From Setoptus koraiensis (taxonomy: Eukaryota > Animalia > Arthropoda), in the NCBI GenBank assembly GCA_048013815.1, contig CM106585.1:15624001-15688000 (forward strand): a stretch of DNA of 64,000 nt, read 5' to 3'. The notes below the pieces were generated by a model, which saw nothing but the letters and a program-made list of their open reading frames with translations, was not told the DNA's origin and did not search any database. Made by a program: the position numbers and the translations under genes. Position 1 is the first letter of the stretch, and each line of letters starts with the position of its first letter. This document shows positions 44,605 through 56,931 of the stretch, one piece after another.

Positions 44605-45439
44605 TCAAGATGTTTTACAGTTGAAATATTATAGTCAGTCAGTAATAATAAAGTTGCAGATGGATAATAATTTATTCGTTTCCAATTTACTCTTGATAAC
44701 AATATCTATCTGGCGTGCTCCCTTTGAGTCTTCTAGATGCTGAGAAGTTAGGTTGTAATGTTAATTGTTTTTATTTGCTACGAGCTACCATGGTGTACCA
44801 TCAACGATTGCACAACATAAACACTTGGATAGGATTCGCTTATGTTCTTGTAATTGTATATGTGTGTGTGTGTGTGTGTTAATGAAAGTACGACAAATGG
44901 ATACTGATGGTATAGATTTTGGTCTCAGTTTCAATATATTGTTGTTCATGTATTTTTGTTATTAAATATATGTGTGTATATTGTTTAATTTATCAATACT
45001 GCCGTTCAACTATTATTGTCGCTAGAATGCTTCAATGCCAATTGTTGGTGTTGTTATTCTAGTGAAGATATTTCAAGATAAAATCTAAAGTAACAACAAT
45101 ACATATGTAAAGCGGCAAGCAATTTCGTTGACGATGTCGACGTCGATAAATGGTTGACGAATCGAGTTACAATGTGACTAATTGTGTGGTATGTGTTGAG
45201 CCAATACTGTCTAGTGTAATACTGGTGGTGCGAGATGGCAACCTATTGATCTACCTTTGTCTCTATTTCATGCTCACTGTATTGTTACCCGTGATTGAAA
45301 AAAAGTGATTTTCTTCTTGTTGTAAGCTTAGTTTTGTAATTGTTGTCCCCTATAATCTATAAGAATATTATTAATCTGCGGCATCAATGGTGTGGCACCG
45401 GCTACGGATTTTGTTGGCAGCAGGTCTCTCTGTCAGCAA

Positions 45440-45600
45440 TATTAATAATACTAATAATAATAGTGACGATAATAATAATAATAGTTATAGTAATAATATT
45501 GATAATAAGAACAAAAACAACAACAATATATTTAATATATCAATAATAGTAAGTGGCAATAATAATAATAATAATAATAGTAATAATGATAATCAATATT
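45440..45600. repeat. Imperfect (AAT)n / (AGT) trinucleotide-rich tract
   Basis: Directly visible aataataat runs. Confidence 0.9.
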
Positions 45601-46230
45601 TGTAGTGCTGGTGGTGGTAGTAGTAGCAGTTGTGATAATCAATAATCAATATTAATTAATAATAATAGCTGCAATGCAATTAATGATAATAAGGGTAATG
45701 GTGGTGGTTGTGATGATGATGATAATATCAGTAATTGATAAAGAGATGATAATATAATTGAATTGATATATAGTGCGTGTGAGTGTGTAATTGCAATTGT
45801 AATAATAACAATTATCACGATGATGATGACGACGACGACTGTCCAACAATAATTTGACGACGTTTTCGATGAGGCTCACTAGCTGGTTCTAGTGGGAGTT
45901 TGATGGTGGCGGCTGGTAGTAGCAGCAGTAGTGGTGATGGTGGTGGTGGTTGTTGTGGTGGTGGTGGTGGTGGTGATGGTGGTAGTAGTCGATGATTGGA
46001 TTGGTTGATGATGCACACATATAGAACACACACTGCTAGCGTTGGTACAGAATAGAATGCACACACAGTAGACACAGTAGTGATGGTAGCAGTGGCGCTG
46101 GTGGTTGTGCTGTGTGTGTGCTTTAAACTCTGTTTGTGTGTGTAGCTGTTGCTGCTGCCCAAGTTAGCTTTAACTATAGACACACTCACACACTGCAAGA
46201 AGAAACATGTTTATATGCTGGTGTGGATGT

Positions 46231-46344
<114 letters not shown>

Positions 46345-46493
46345 TGAGTGCGAGGAGGAGGGGGTAAAGACGACAGTAGAACCTCAGTCGTAGTCGCATA
46401 TTTGTGGCCTACTGTCTGTGCGTGCGTCTATATATTTCGACCTCTTTGCTTTGCTGTCCGTCTGTCTGTGTGTTGTGCGTATGTGCCCTTGCA

Positions 46494-46532
<39 letters not shown>

Positions 46533-49498
46533 GTTGCTGTATGTTCGATGACGAACGAGCGAGCGAGCGAACGAGCGAGCGAATCACTGGATCTGCTGCT
46601 CAACGCATACGCGAGTGCCGAGATCAATTCAATTTCGCTTCTTCCTCAATCGCTCCTCGCTACTGCAAATGATACTTCACTATTAGCAGCCACACATGCC
46701 AATGGCTCACGAGGGCCCTAGACAGTCTAGGCCAGACCGCCGTGGCAGTGTAACATGGATGCGCTTGTTTCTTCTTCGAATTTTTGCCGCTCGACACGCC
46801 ACTGAAGCTCGAAATACGCGCTCAAGGGGGCGTTCGAGATGCCTGGATATTAGATTATTATTATTATTTGCTTAAATGTTTAATTTTCTCATCAACAGCG
46901 CCCCCAACAAGCGCCAAGCCGCAACTACGCATGGCGAAGGCAAATTTTACAGGCACAGGCACACAAGTGTAGACAAGACAGCAACGCGCAGACAGTTGAC
47001 ACAGTGAATTGAAGCAGACAGCAGCGGCAGGTATCGCGTTTAGGCAAGCTGCGGCCGCAAGCGTCTAAATGATCCAGAAATAATCTTTTCAATCTTGTCA
47101 TTTTGTCTGCGGCTCCATACGCGGCCCCACACAACAGGCACAGCGAGCCACATTGTGCCGTGCCCTGCACAACATATTGAATGGCAATACCATGCATCTT
47201 TTGTTGTTGTTATGTATTTCTTTTGCCATGATAATTCCCGCTCGCTGGCCCCATTCGCCAGGCCGGCTCTATTTGGCCAGCCGAGAGTTGTGTGTGTGTG
47301 TGTCGACGACAAATAGAAGACAGCAACTACCGCATGCTAACGACATGCTATGTGTATATGTGGATATCCAGCAAACAGCTAGATGATGCCCCATCTCTAG
47401 CCATTTGGATGGCAGCTTGATGGTAGATGAATATTTTAGCAGTGGCAAGGCAATTTTTTGTTTAAAGTGCGTCTCTATATTCTGTTTATCAGTGTGAACA
47501 GTTTTTATATGATTCAAACACACACACACGAGCTGAAAGAGTGTGAATAATGTTTGTTAGTACATCTCACAGGGCCGTCACAAGCAACAAATTAGCTGCC
47601 AGCTAAACTAGATCGCGCTGTCTATCGAGGGCCAGTGCGCATCCCACTTGATATAGACCATCATTTATAAGGAGCGTAAGTGTACAATCAACATGCCAAC
47701 CACCATCAGTCATAGAGAGATTGGCAAAAATATATCACAAAGTGCCATGTTTTTGCAATAATATACTCGCCACCCCTCAACTCGCTTGGTGTTTGCATGT
47801 GCACAGCAATAAAAAGTCGCACAGCAGCTCAATCTATGCGGCTCCGATGGCATACAGCTTACGATGTGTGCAAATCGTAATCGACAAAGGTGCAGAGGAT
47901 AAAATGTCTATATCAATTTCCAGTGGCACTCACAAACAAACGCTGCATTGTGTGCCTTGGTATGGTGCCATCTGTTATTACATATACAAGTCCGATGGCA
48001 CTTTATATTTACAGCAACAGCAGCAGCAGAGGCAGATCGGCGGCACTATCGTCTATCATGGCGGCCGTGTCATCAGTGAAGGTCTAACTATATTAGCATA
48101 GCTTGTTCAAACAAAAGCCTCAAAAGAGAAAGTCGTTGCTGCAATAGCGCCGCCATTAATGCTACTTGTACTATACGACGTATAGTATACGCAACAAATA
48201 CTACACATTGGAGAAGAATAGTGGTGGTGGCAGACAATTCACTCGCGCTGTTCTTTTGCGTACGCACCGGCAACAGTAACACTGTAAACCTCAAGATGAC
48301 ATTACAACTTATGCTACATCACTGGTGTATATTATCATGTAATGCTGCGCCGTGACATACATGCGCATATGCCATCAAGGCCGCTGTGCACCTCTGTATG
48401 ATCCGGCCTAGATCATCTAGGTGATAGTTGACATGGCTCTCCGCAACTGGCAACATGCAAACTCGCTCACCTTTGCAACAAACTAGCGGTACCACCATTA
48501 CTTTGCCCCATAACACTAACTTTGCCACGGCTGGTTGTGTGTGGATAGCACAACACTGTCACTGGCACCGTTGTGCTATCCACACACAACCCGCAACCAG
48601 TGCGCCAGCAAGAAATGGCAAGACCGTTTTGTTGGCAGTGCATGTGGCGCGCATAATTGTCTTGAGCAATAACTTCTTGGCTTGCCGATTGAAAGAGTTA
48701 TAGCGGGAGAGAGTTACAGAGGGACAGAGTAAGTACTGTATGTGCTTGCTGTATTGTTGTATTGGTGGCTGCATGTTGATTCTCGGCACTCTGTTAAGTC
48801 AGGTCGTTTGCAAGCGCGCCTTTGTACTATGTTTCCATTCGCTGGCGAGCTCGCTCACTCGCTCGGCTCGGACACTTGACACAACCATGAATAGAGTCGC
48901 ACGCACACCTACAGTAGGCGTGCAAGCCAACATTAAGTGACACAATACTGGCTTGACTGCTGCTGCTGCCGCCACAATACCAACGGTATACCACGGTACT
49001 ACAACGTGGCCAATGTGCACTAAATCGTCAGCAGCCGTATTTAGGCGACAACTAAATAACTATCCGGTGGCACACACACACACACACACACACACTCTCT
49101 GACATCATCAGTGTTGTGGCACACAGACACACACACAGTCGGTGGTTGTTGTTGTCTAGAACCCTTGCCTAATCTGAGCACCCATGGCCGCAAAATGTCG
49201 TTCAGTTAACGAGCGTAACACACAGACAGGTGCTCGATTCTTTATGCAGTTGCAGTGGCTGTTCTTTGTGCTCTGTTCGCCAACTGCCAGACCCATTCAC
49301 TCTAATGGATTTCTTTTACAGTGTACACCATTGCCGCTAGAGGACAAATGGGGTCTTGTGTGCGTGCGTGTGTGTGTGTGTGAGTGTTCGCTGCAAAGCA
49401 CTCAAACAAAGCCATCACGTGTTGTAGTGCTCATTAGAAACGGCCGTGAGCGCTATGGCCAGACGCGCGCGCTCAACTTGAGGCCCAGCCCCCTCCCC

Positions 49499-49501
<3 letters not shown>

Positions 49502-49544
<43 letters not shown>

Positions 49545-49551
49545 GCGCGCG
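49502..49551. repeat. (CA)20 followed by (CG)n, an alternating purine-pyrimidine tract
   Basis: Directly visible; Z-DNA-prone sequence type. Confidence 0.9.
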
Positions 49552-52500
49552 TTGACCGAGCAAGTGGACCGACTGGTTCAGACACAACACACGGCCGACA
49601 AATCTCTTCTAATTGGTTAATGCTCGCATGTTGCATAATAAGTCTAATTGCCTCCCACACTCGTGTAACATCGTCATCGTATACCTGCACTAGCAGCACC
49701 GCTAATGCTATCACCACAATACTATTCATAAGCGCAACGCGCGTGTCAAGGTGTCTTGCATAGACTGTAATTGGTCGATCATCATGGATACAGGTGAATC
49801 CGTCGGATGGGTGGATGGCATCGCTTGGATTCGGGGATAAATACCAGGAGTCGAATGCAAGAGGAACGCATCACGTTATACAGTTGATCTTCGTGTGTGT
49901 GTGTGTGTGTGTGTGCGTTTGTTGTTTGGCAGGTAAAGTTCACCTCGCTACGATGATAACGACTATAACAGAAATCATGGCCGTTCGTTCCACTGCGTAC
50001 TATTTGCGTGAATATTTGCAAACGCAATTCTCGTCAAATCGGGTTGTAAGAGCAAGCGAGCGATAGAACAGTTGGAATAAACAACAGCCAGCTAGCGTGT
50101 AAGAATTTTGTGAATTGACTTTATGAATGGTTATGGTAAAGAGAGTAAACATGTTTGTCATCGATCATCGTTCTGCACCAATCGCTTGCCAAATAAACTC
50201 TAATATGTTTTTTCATTTAACAGCGTTATAAGCGTTTTTTGTTTTCTCTTTCTGATGCGTCATTACAAGTGGTGCCGATGCTAAATTTTTGCCTTTGTAG
50301 CCTACCATTCACCACAGAAACTAGCTTACTAAACATACGTTTACATATGTATATATGCATGCCAATCCGTTCAATTATATAGAGAACGGCTAGAGGGCGC
50401 CCTCGTATGACATGGCCCTCTCTGGTGAATCATTGATTCACCGTTCACCGTGGAGATTTTCTCTTCATCAGCAGATTGTAAAGTCAGAGTCAAAGGTAAA
50501 TATCGCACACAACTGGTTATCACACATCCGCCATGTTGCGTCATTCGTACCTAACAGTGATGGCAGAGGAGCCCCCAGGCAGCATTTGATTCAATGAAGT
50601 TTATTGCCAGCTGACGAGCGACAGATGCGGCTGCTCACGTTTGCCTCGCATATAGATTTTGTGTTGTTTTGGTGATCAGTGGCCAACGGTTGTTTCATTG
50701 GACTGGCACTAATTAGATGTATTGTGTCGCCAGCGATGCCAGCAACTAGAACCAGCTCACAATGTTGTCAGTCACACAATCAGTTAGCTAAAGTGGCTTA
50801 GCAATAAACAAAAGATTACGAGCTTATCAAGCCACTAGCTACACTAGTTGACTGGTTAGCTACTGGCAAGCCTCGCTGGTTAATTATCACGGATGGATCA
50901 TGGGGCTATCATGCGGCGCCTCGTCAATCAGAGGGCTCATCAAGGCAACGAATGCCAACTAATAGCTCAGATTTACTATTTGTTTGTTGTTTTAGAGTTG
51001 TTGATCATGGTGTAGGCATTATTCAACATTTGTCCAACCGTTGTAAAAAGCGTCGAGTAGCGTTGGCAAGCTCCAAAGGGTTTCGTCTAATATTGAGCAA
51101 AATACCTGCCACGACATGCCGTGCGACTCCCTGTGCGAGGGCGGCTCCTAGAAACAACAGCGACAGCATTCTTTATTCAATGCGTGGCAAGTGGCAAGCG
51201 GTAGCATTCACGTGAGCAAGTAGATTAATGTTGAGTTCGAACTTCGAACAACAATTGGCACCGCTGTGCCTGTGTGTTGTGCAAGCGAAGCAGCAACTGT
51301 CGGGCCAAACATTCAATTTCACTTTGTTCGATTACGTTTTGTTCGATACTATCGAATCGATCGTAGTGTTGAAAAAGTTCGATTTGCGAACCAACGACAA
51401 CAGCATCGACGGCATCCGCCCCGCACCGAACTTTTGCAAATGATATGGAACCGGATCGAACTATATATCCGAACGTCTGCCAGCAACGCGCACAAAGCCC
51501 TTACGCAGCGCTCGCCATTTCAATTTGAATGCGTCCGCCAGTTAGAGCGTTCGGCGCCGGGGGAAGGCGTTTTTTATTTTTCCATTCTATCGCAAGTGCT
51601 CCTGTGGGCACACGCAATGCCGCTCATTCGAATTTCGAACTGTGCCAGTCGCACTGGCGCTCTCACACAAAAACACGCACGCACACACGCACGCACACAC
51701 GCACGCACACACGCATAAAGTCGACACAGCGTCGCACACGCGCAAATTGCGCAAATAAACAACAACAAGCCGACGAAAACAACAACAACAAAAGGACGCA
51801 ACGGCCGCGTAGATGCCTGGCCGGCTGCACCGACGCTCATTAGCCGCACTATTATCATCGCCAGTGATATAATTTGTCTCCATTATCCCTGCTTCTATTT
51901 GATTTTTGCAATTTAATTAATTAGTGCAATTAACCGCAAACATTGTCACCACAATACACCTATCTATCACATTGTTTGGCATTGTGCATAGCAATTTTGC
52001 AATATTTTCTCGCAATATTTTCATCTGCAGCAAGGAAACTACCAGAGGAACTAACTAGAGGAAGAGACGCAATATTTGCCACAAAGCGTCGTGTAGCCAA
52101 ATGCCGGAATCAGACAGTATGATCATGAGTATATCTCATGGTAAAGGATATGATATTGTTGACAAGGCCATCGCCCGCGATTAGTTTCATGCAAACACAC
52201 ACTCAAGTGCTGATGATGATGACGACCACCATCAGATAAAAACAAGGCAATCTTTTTTCCGCAACAATCACATCTCAACATTGCACGGGCAACTATATGA
52301 CAAATTATACACGAGAATTGTGTGCCATCTCACGATTCGAAACACAACTACAGTAATACAAACTCAACTTAACAATTGAATAGAGATAACAATTGTATCA
52401 ACGAGGTAATATCGGCCTCGGTCTTTATTGATTCCGACTGTGTATCATCGTTATAGACATGAGAAATTTTTTAATAGCCTACTGGTAATGATGAAGTAAA

Positions 52501-53506
52501 GCGTGGAAATATAATAATTATGATCCTACAAAGTGCAATAGCAACAAAAAATAACTCTACACACAGCAACAAACAAATCCAAAATCAAACACATATCATC
52601 GGCCGAAACATAAATAGTGGTATCTATTTTAGTGATATTGCACCACAATTTATGTGACTGTATCTATCTATATATATATATTTATACATAAATGTATGTA
52701 TGCATGTTGCAACTAACTAGGCCCTAGAGAAGCCAACAACACCGTCATTGCTCTGCTGGCTATAATACACAAACTGCTATATTGTCTGCTATCAAGTTAT
52801 TATCTACTTGAGTTACTCTTTCATGGCCCAATATCAGCTTGCAAGAGCTTTGAATGTTCAGCTGCAACACTGAAAGTCATCTTTTTTTTTCTATTTCTCC
52901 ATATTGTACATATGATGTATTCTGGTGAATCTTTTCAGACACATCATCAGCATCATGATAATCTCTGTCACGCCTGCGCATATTACATAAGTTATCACTG
53001 TAAGTGCTGCTTAGTTCATAGACGAGCCGATCCAAATTAAAGCCTCTAAAGTTGACATAGCAATTATTGTAAGTGAGTCAACAAACAATACAAGACAAGA
53101 TACCGACTTCAATGAGTTGAATTGAAGAGCGCAAGAACTTGATTGTCATACAATGGCTGCTAATCCTCATCATCGCACCGCATTGTGAACTGAAGATAAA
53201 ACGACATCTTGATAAGCTGCTTCGCAAGACGTACTTTATATAGTCTTATTAGTTAGTTACAAACAGTCTCTAACTATACTACGCCATTATCACCAGGTAG
53301 AGTGCACAACGGAAACACAAAATCTAAACCGAATCCATGGTTTCGAGCATCATCATTTCTAGCATTTTATTGTCATGCAATTTATTTATATGGCATATCT
53401 AGTAATTCCAATATTCGAGAGGGATTAGTGCGAACGTAAAACAACAAATATAAAAAAGAAAACAAAAGAAGCTTTTGTTCAGTTTTTCCTTATCAACCGC
53501 ATCCAT

Positions 53507-56500
53507 ATGTATCAGGATGAATCATCAAGTCCTAAAATTCATGAGTCTCATCACAAAACCTGTGAAAAAAATTATATAAATAGGATCATAAAAAACGAGT
53601 ATTCCGATAATTCATCTACAGATTGTAATGATGATAATTGCGGAATACCTATCGTCAACAAATCTACAACAACATTCGAACAACAATGCAGCGACTGTCA
53701 TCGACAAAACTCACTCAAAAATTATATTAAAACAAAAATAAATAACTCCTCCGAAGAGTGTGGCTGTCACTATGATCATCCTTGCAGCTTGTCATCAACG
53801 TTGAGCCTTGCATCATCAGAACATAGTGACTGTGAGTTTGACACCTATGGCGTTTATGGTAAAATTTTGTCTGAGCGCCACGATGATGATGAGCAAAATT
53901 TAGATAACTCATACAAATCTGATGACGCTACTTACAACAATATTACCGACGATTCATCGGATGAGTTGTGCGATGAATACGATTCAAGCTCAGCCCATTA
54001 TGTCGCGAATAGACACCTATGCAGACATGACAATCAGATTATGTCATGGCCTTCATCATTAGAGACCTTCGCGGATGACAATCCTTTCGAGGTACACACA
54101 ATTGAAGATCGCAAACATTCGGATCATTGCGATGAACGACCTATCAAAATGGCTGATAGAGATGAAAATGTTCAACATGATAAATATTTACATTCAGCTT
54201 CTCCTGATAATGAGATGTCAAAGACAACAAACATAGTCAAATCATTTCGTAACCTCTCTGGTAAATCTCACAAAATATTGACAGATCAATCTAACTGCGG
54301 CGACGATAAGCGTAAAAAGTGGTGTTCGTGTCTTGCAGGCAATATTAGTCAAACTTCAGCAGGTTTTGATTATTCATCGCAGGCCGATGACGAGTCAAAA
54401 GAAAAACAACAAGAAAGCTCTATTTCAACAATCTCGTGCAATAAATGTAACTCAGACAGCAATAATAGTTGCTGTTCTAGCAGGAAAAAAAGATCGCATC
54501 GTAAAAGGTTTATATCGCACATGAATTTCTTATTGAGTTCAAGCCTCGTTCCAAGTCAGGCTTCAACAAGTGATAAGGATGACAACACGGTTTTATCAAG
54601 AAATAAAACAAAGAAAACCCAACAATCATGGTCAAACATATTTAGAAGAAATAAGGCTGCTAGAATTTCGACGAAATCTAAAGATTCAATAGCAAGCTCC
54701 CTTGTTGAATCGGAGATCTCTCAATATGATGATTTGCCTTCAATCTACAGCGATGATTTCAGTATTGATCTTGAAAAGCAGCGTGCCGGTACACCCTCTT
54801 CATTGTCGATCTCTCTGGTTACCAATCCGGAATCAGATTCATCAGAACTTTCCCCCAATAAGGCACGTCAGTCGCTTCCTTCGAAAATAAATACTAGAGG
54901 CTTCAATCAGAATCCGGACTATCTTGTCACACAGAGACTTTGCGTCCGATCTTCTTGCGGACATAGAAAGTCTGACGGGTTGGAAGTAAATGCTAGGGCA
55001 CAATCTCTTCCAGCATCTCCTCAATCAGGTAGACGTTTGCTGAAAAGTCATCGTTTCGTTCGAAGTCCCAGACTGAGCAAATCTCCGGTGCAGTTTCAGT
55101 CTCCACCAACTATGGCTTCACAAATCGAGGACGGTCTCAAAGTTTGCTCGTCTGAGCACTTTGAAAAACATATTGGAAATTTGAAAGATGACTCCATCGA
55201 GGCTCAAAAGCATGCCTTCTTATCATGGATTAATCATTATTGTCCATTCCTCATAAAAAGGGATATTGTCGAGGAATTAAGAGACGGCGTTAATTTGATT
55301 GGATTATTGGCTAACCTTACCAGAGATCCAGATCTTCTAAATCAATTTGAGAAAAAACTCAGGAACCGCACTAAAAACCAGAATAAATTAAATGTCAATT
55401 GGGCCTTCAACCCAAGCTCTAGGTTGAAACATCTGGAGGATGTGACCATGGCAATCAAATTCTTGGAAAAGCAGAACATTAAACTAGTCAATTTGAATCC
55501 TATGGATATCGTAGATGGAAAAGCTAATGTCATATTGGGCCTCTGTTGGAACATAATCCTTCATTTCCATAACGATCAGAATTTCCTCCAGTATGATTTT
55601 CCTCAGTTGTCTGAGAAAGGAAATCACTTTCAAGGCGATCCCATCTCATCGAAAAACTCATCGGATATCATCAAGCAGAGACTGAATCCAGTAGAGATTA
55701 ATAGGTATCCGTATTTTCTACCTATTATAGATGATTGTAAGACGGATGTTATAGTTGATCGTCCAAATCATGTCGAGATAACGACAAATTTAGAACCCGA
55801 CCTCTTGGTTTCAGGGAAGCAAGGTGATAATAAAACAGAGACAAATGGTACTACTTTTATACCTCAGCGAAACAGAAATACGAATTCGTTGTGTGATTCG
55901 GTTAGAATCAGCAATGATAGTCAATATCAATCTACCTCTGCTGGAGAACAGCATTCAGATGTGATAGGTTCGTCGCTGAAGACTTCATACAAGAAAACTA
56001 TGGTTTCATCGAATCGTGTTCAGAAGAGCCTTGATGATGAAAGTAAAAACCCTGAACCTCAACCAGAGAATGAATCGTCTGACTCGGATACCATTGACGA
56101 CCACGACTCTCAAAGTGACGACAATCTAGGCGAATCAAATGAATCGCAACTATCACAGGTTGATAACAGATCAGACTGTTGCAATCGTGAGATAACAAGA
56201 AAGCTAAATGATATATCCGGAAGTCAGTCAAAAGACGATTTCTATCATTCAATAGATTCAAATAATGAAATAGATGAAATCTTTCCAACTGAAATAAATA
56301 CCGCGGAGGTACAGTTTGTGAATGAAATTACCGAGCCCCCGGTATCTAAGAAACAGCGTTATAAAAGCCCAAAAAGGAGATCTAAACAAAGGTCGAAGAA
56401 GCGCAACAGTGAACGAAAAGAGACTGGCAAAGAGAAATCAAAGACTATCATCCCGAGAAATGTCAACGCGGTACAGACTCTCAAATCGATTGTCGCCGAT

Positions 56501-56785
56501 CTATTTTCTAGTAAAGAAGCAAAGGTAACGTCGGAGCTAGAGGGGGAAACTGGAATTAAAAACGCGAAACGCCCCTCTCAAAAGAAGATCCCGAAGTCTT
56601 TTACATCTACAGTCTGCAAAAAACTTATTGCCGCCTTTAAGTCGAGCTATTCTTTAAACATCGTTTTACTGGTGTGCCTGGCCGGTTTATGTCTTGTGCC
56701 TCTCATCAATCGAGAATCTTGTTGCGAATTGAGTGAAGAGTACCTCAGACCACTTGTTTCGCCTCAAAGTGAGATACCAACTTGA
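53507..56785 (+). CDS. 1092-aa protein with a single nesprin/alpha-actinin-type CH1 domain and a C-terminal TM plus KASH-like tail (putative mini-nesprin)
   Basis: QKHAFLSWINH..IVEELRDGVNLIGLL..MAIKFLEKQNIKLVNLNPMDIVDGKANVILGLCWNIILHF is a CH1 domain. The C-terminus is IVLLVCLAGLCLVP LINRESCCELSEEYLRPLVSPQSEIPT*. A possible acceptor (TATCAG|53517) suggests upstream exons. Confidence 0.75.
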   Translation: MYQDESSSPKIHESHHKTCEKNYINRIIKNEYSDNSSTDCNDDNCGIPIVNKSTTTFEQQCSDCHRQNSLKNYIKTKINNSSEECGCHYDHPCSLSSTLSLASSEHSDCEFDTYGVYGKILSERHDDDEQNLDNSYKSDDATYNNITDDSSDELCDEYDSSSAHYVANRHLCRHDNQIMSWPSSLETFADDNPFEVHTIEDRKHSDHCDERPIKMADRDENVQHDKYLHSASPDNEMSKTTNIVKSFRNLSGKSHKILTDQSNCGDDKRKKWCSCLAGNISQTSAGFDYSSQADDESKEKQQESSISTISCNKCNSDSNNSCCSSRKKRSHRKRFISHMNFLLSSSLVPSQASTSDKDDNTVLSRNKTKKTQQSWSNIFRRNKAARISTKSKDSIASSLVESEISQYDDLPSIYSDDFSIDLEKQRAGTPSSLSISLVTNPESDSSELSPNKARQSLPSKINTRGFNQNPDYLVTQRLCVRSSCGHRKSDGLEVNARAQSLPASPQSGRRLLKSHRFVRSPRLSKSPVQFQSPPTMASQIEDGLKVCSSEHFEKHIGNLKDDSIEAQKHAFLSWINHYCPFLIKRDIVEELRDGVNLIGLLANLTRDPDLLNQFEKKLRNRTKNQNKLNVNWAFNPSSRLKHLEDVTMAIKFLEKQNIKLVNLNPMDIVDGKANVILGLCWNIILHFHNDQNFLQYDFPQLSEKGNHFQGDPISSKNSSDIIKQRLNPVEINRYPYFLPIIDDCKTDVIVDRPNHVEITTNLEPDLLVSGKQGDNKTETNGTTFIPQRNRNTNSLCDSVRISNDSQYQSTSAGEQHSDVIGSSLKTSYKKTMVSSNRVQKSLDDESKNPEPQPENESSDSDTIDDHDSQSDDNLGESNESQLSQVDNRSDCCNREITRKLNDISGSQSKDDFYHSIDSNNEIDEIFPTEINTAEVQFVNEITEPPVSKKQRYKSPKRRSKQRSKKRNSERKETGKEKSKTIIPRNVNAVQTLKSIVADLFSSKEAKVTSELEGETGIKNAKRPSQKKIPKSFTSTVCKKLIAAFKSSYSLNIVLLVCLAGLCLVPLINRESCCELSEEYLRPLVSPQSEIPT

Positions 56786-56931
56786 ATGTTGTTGTAGGTC
56801 AGATCTTTGGCAACCTTAATAAATTTGTCTCTGTTATACCCAACCTGTGAATTGTTAGTTGGGATATATATATATATATTTGAATCTTGTTTGTTGAACG
56901 ATTGCTCGCCTACAATTTATCTACTTTTTAA

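Noticed and set aside
50780-50845. Imperfect hairpin (TAGCTAAAGTGGCTT / AAGCCACTAGCTA)
   Set aside because: The stem is too short and the loop too long for a credible pre-miRNA without small-RNA data.
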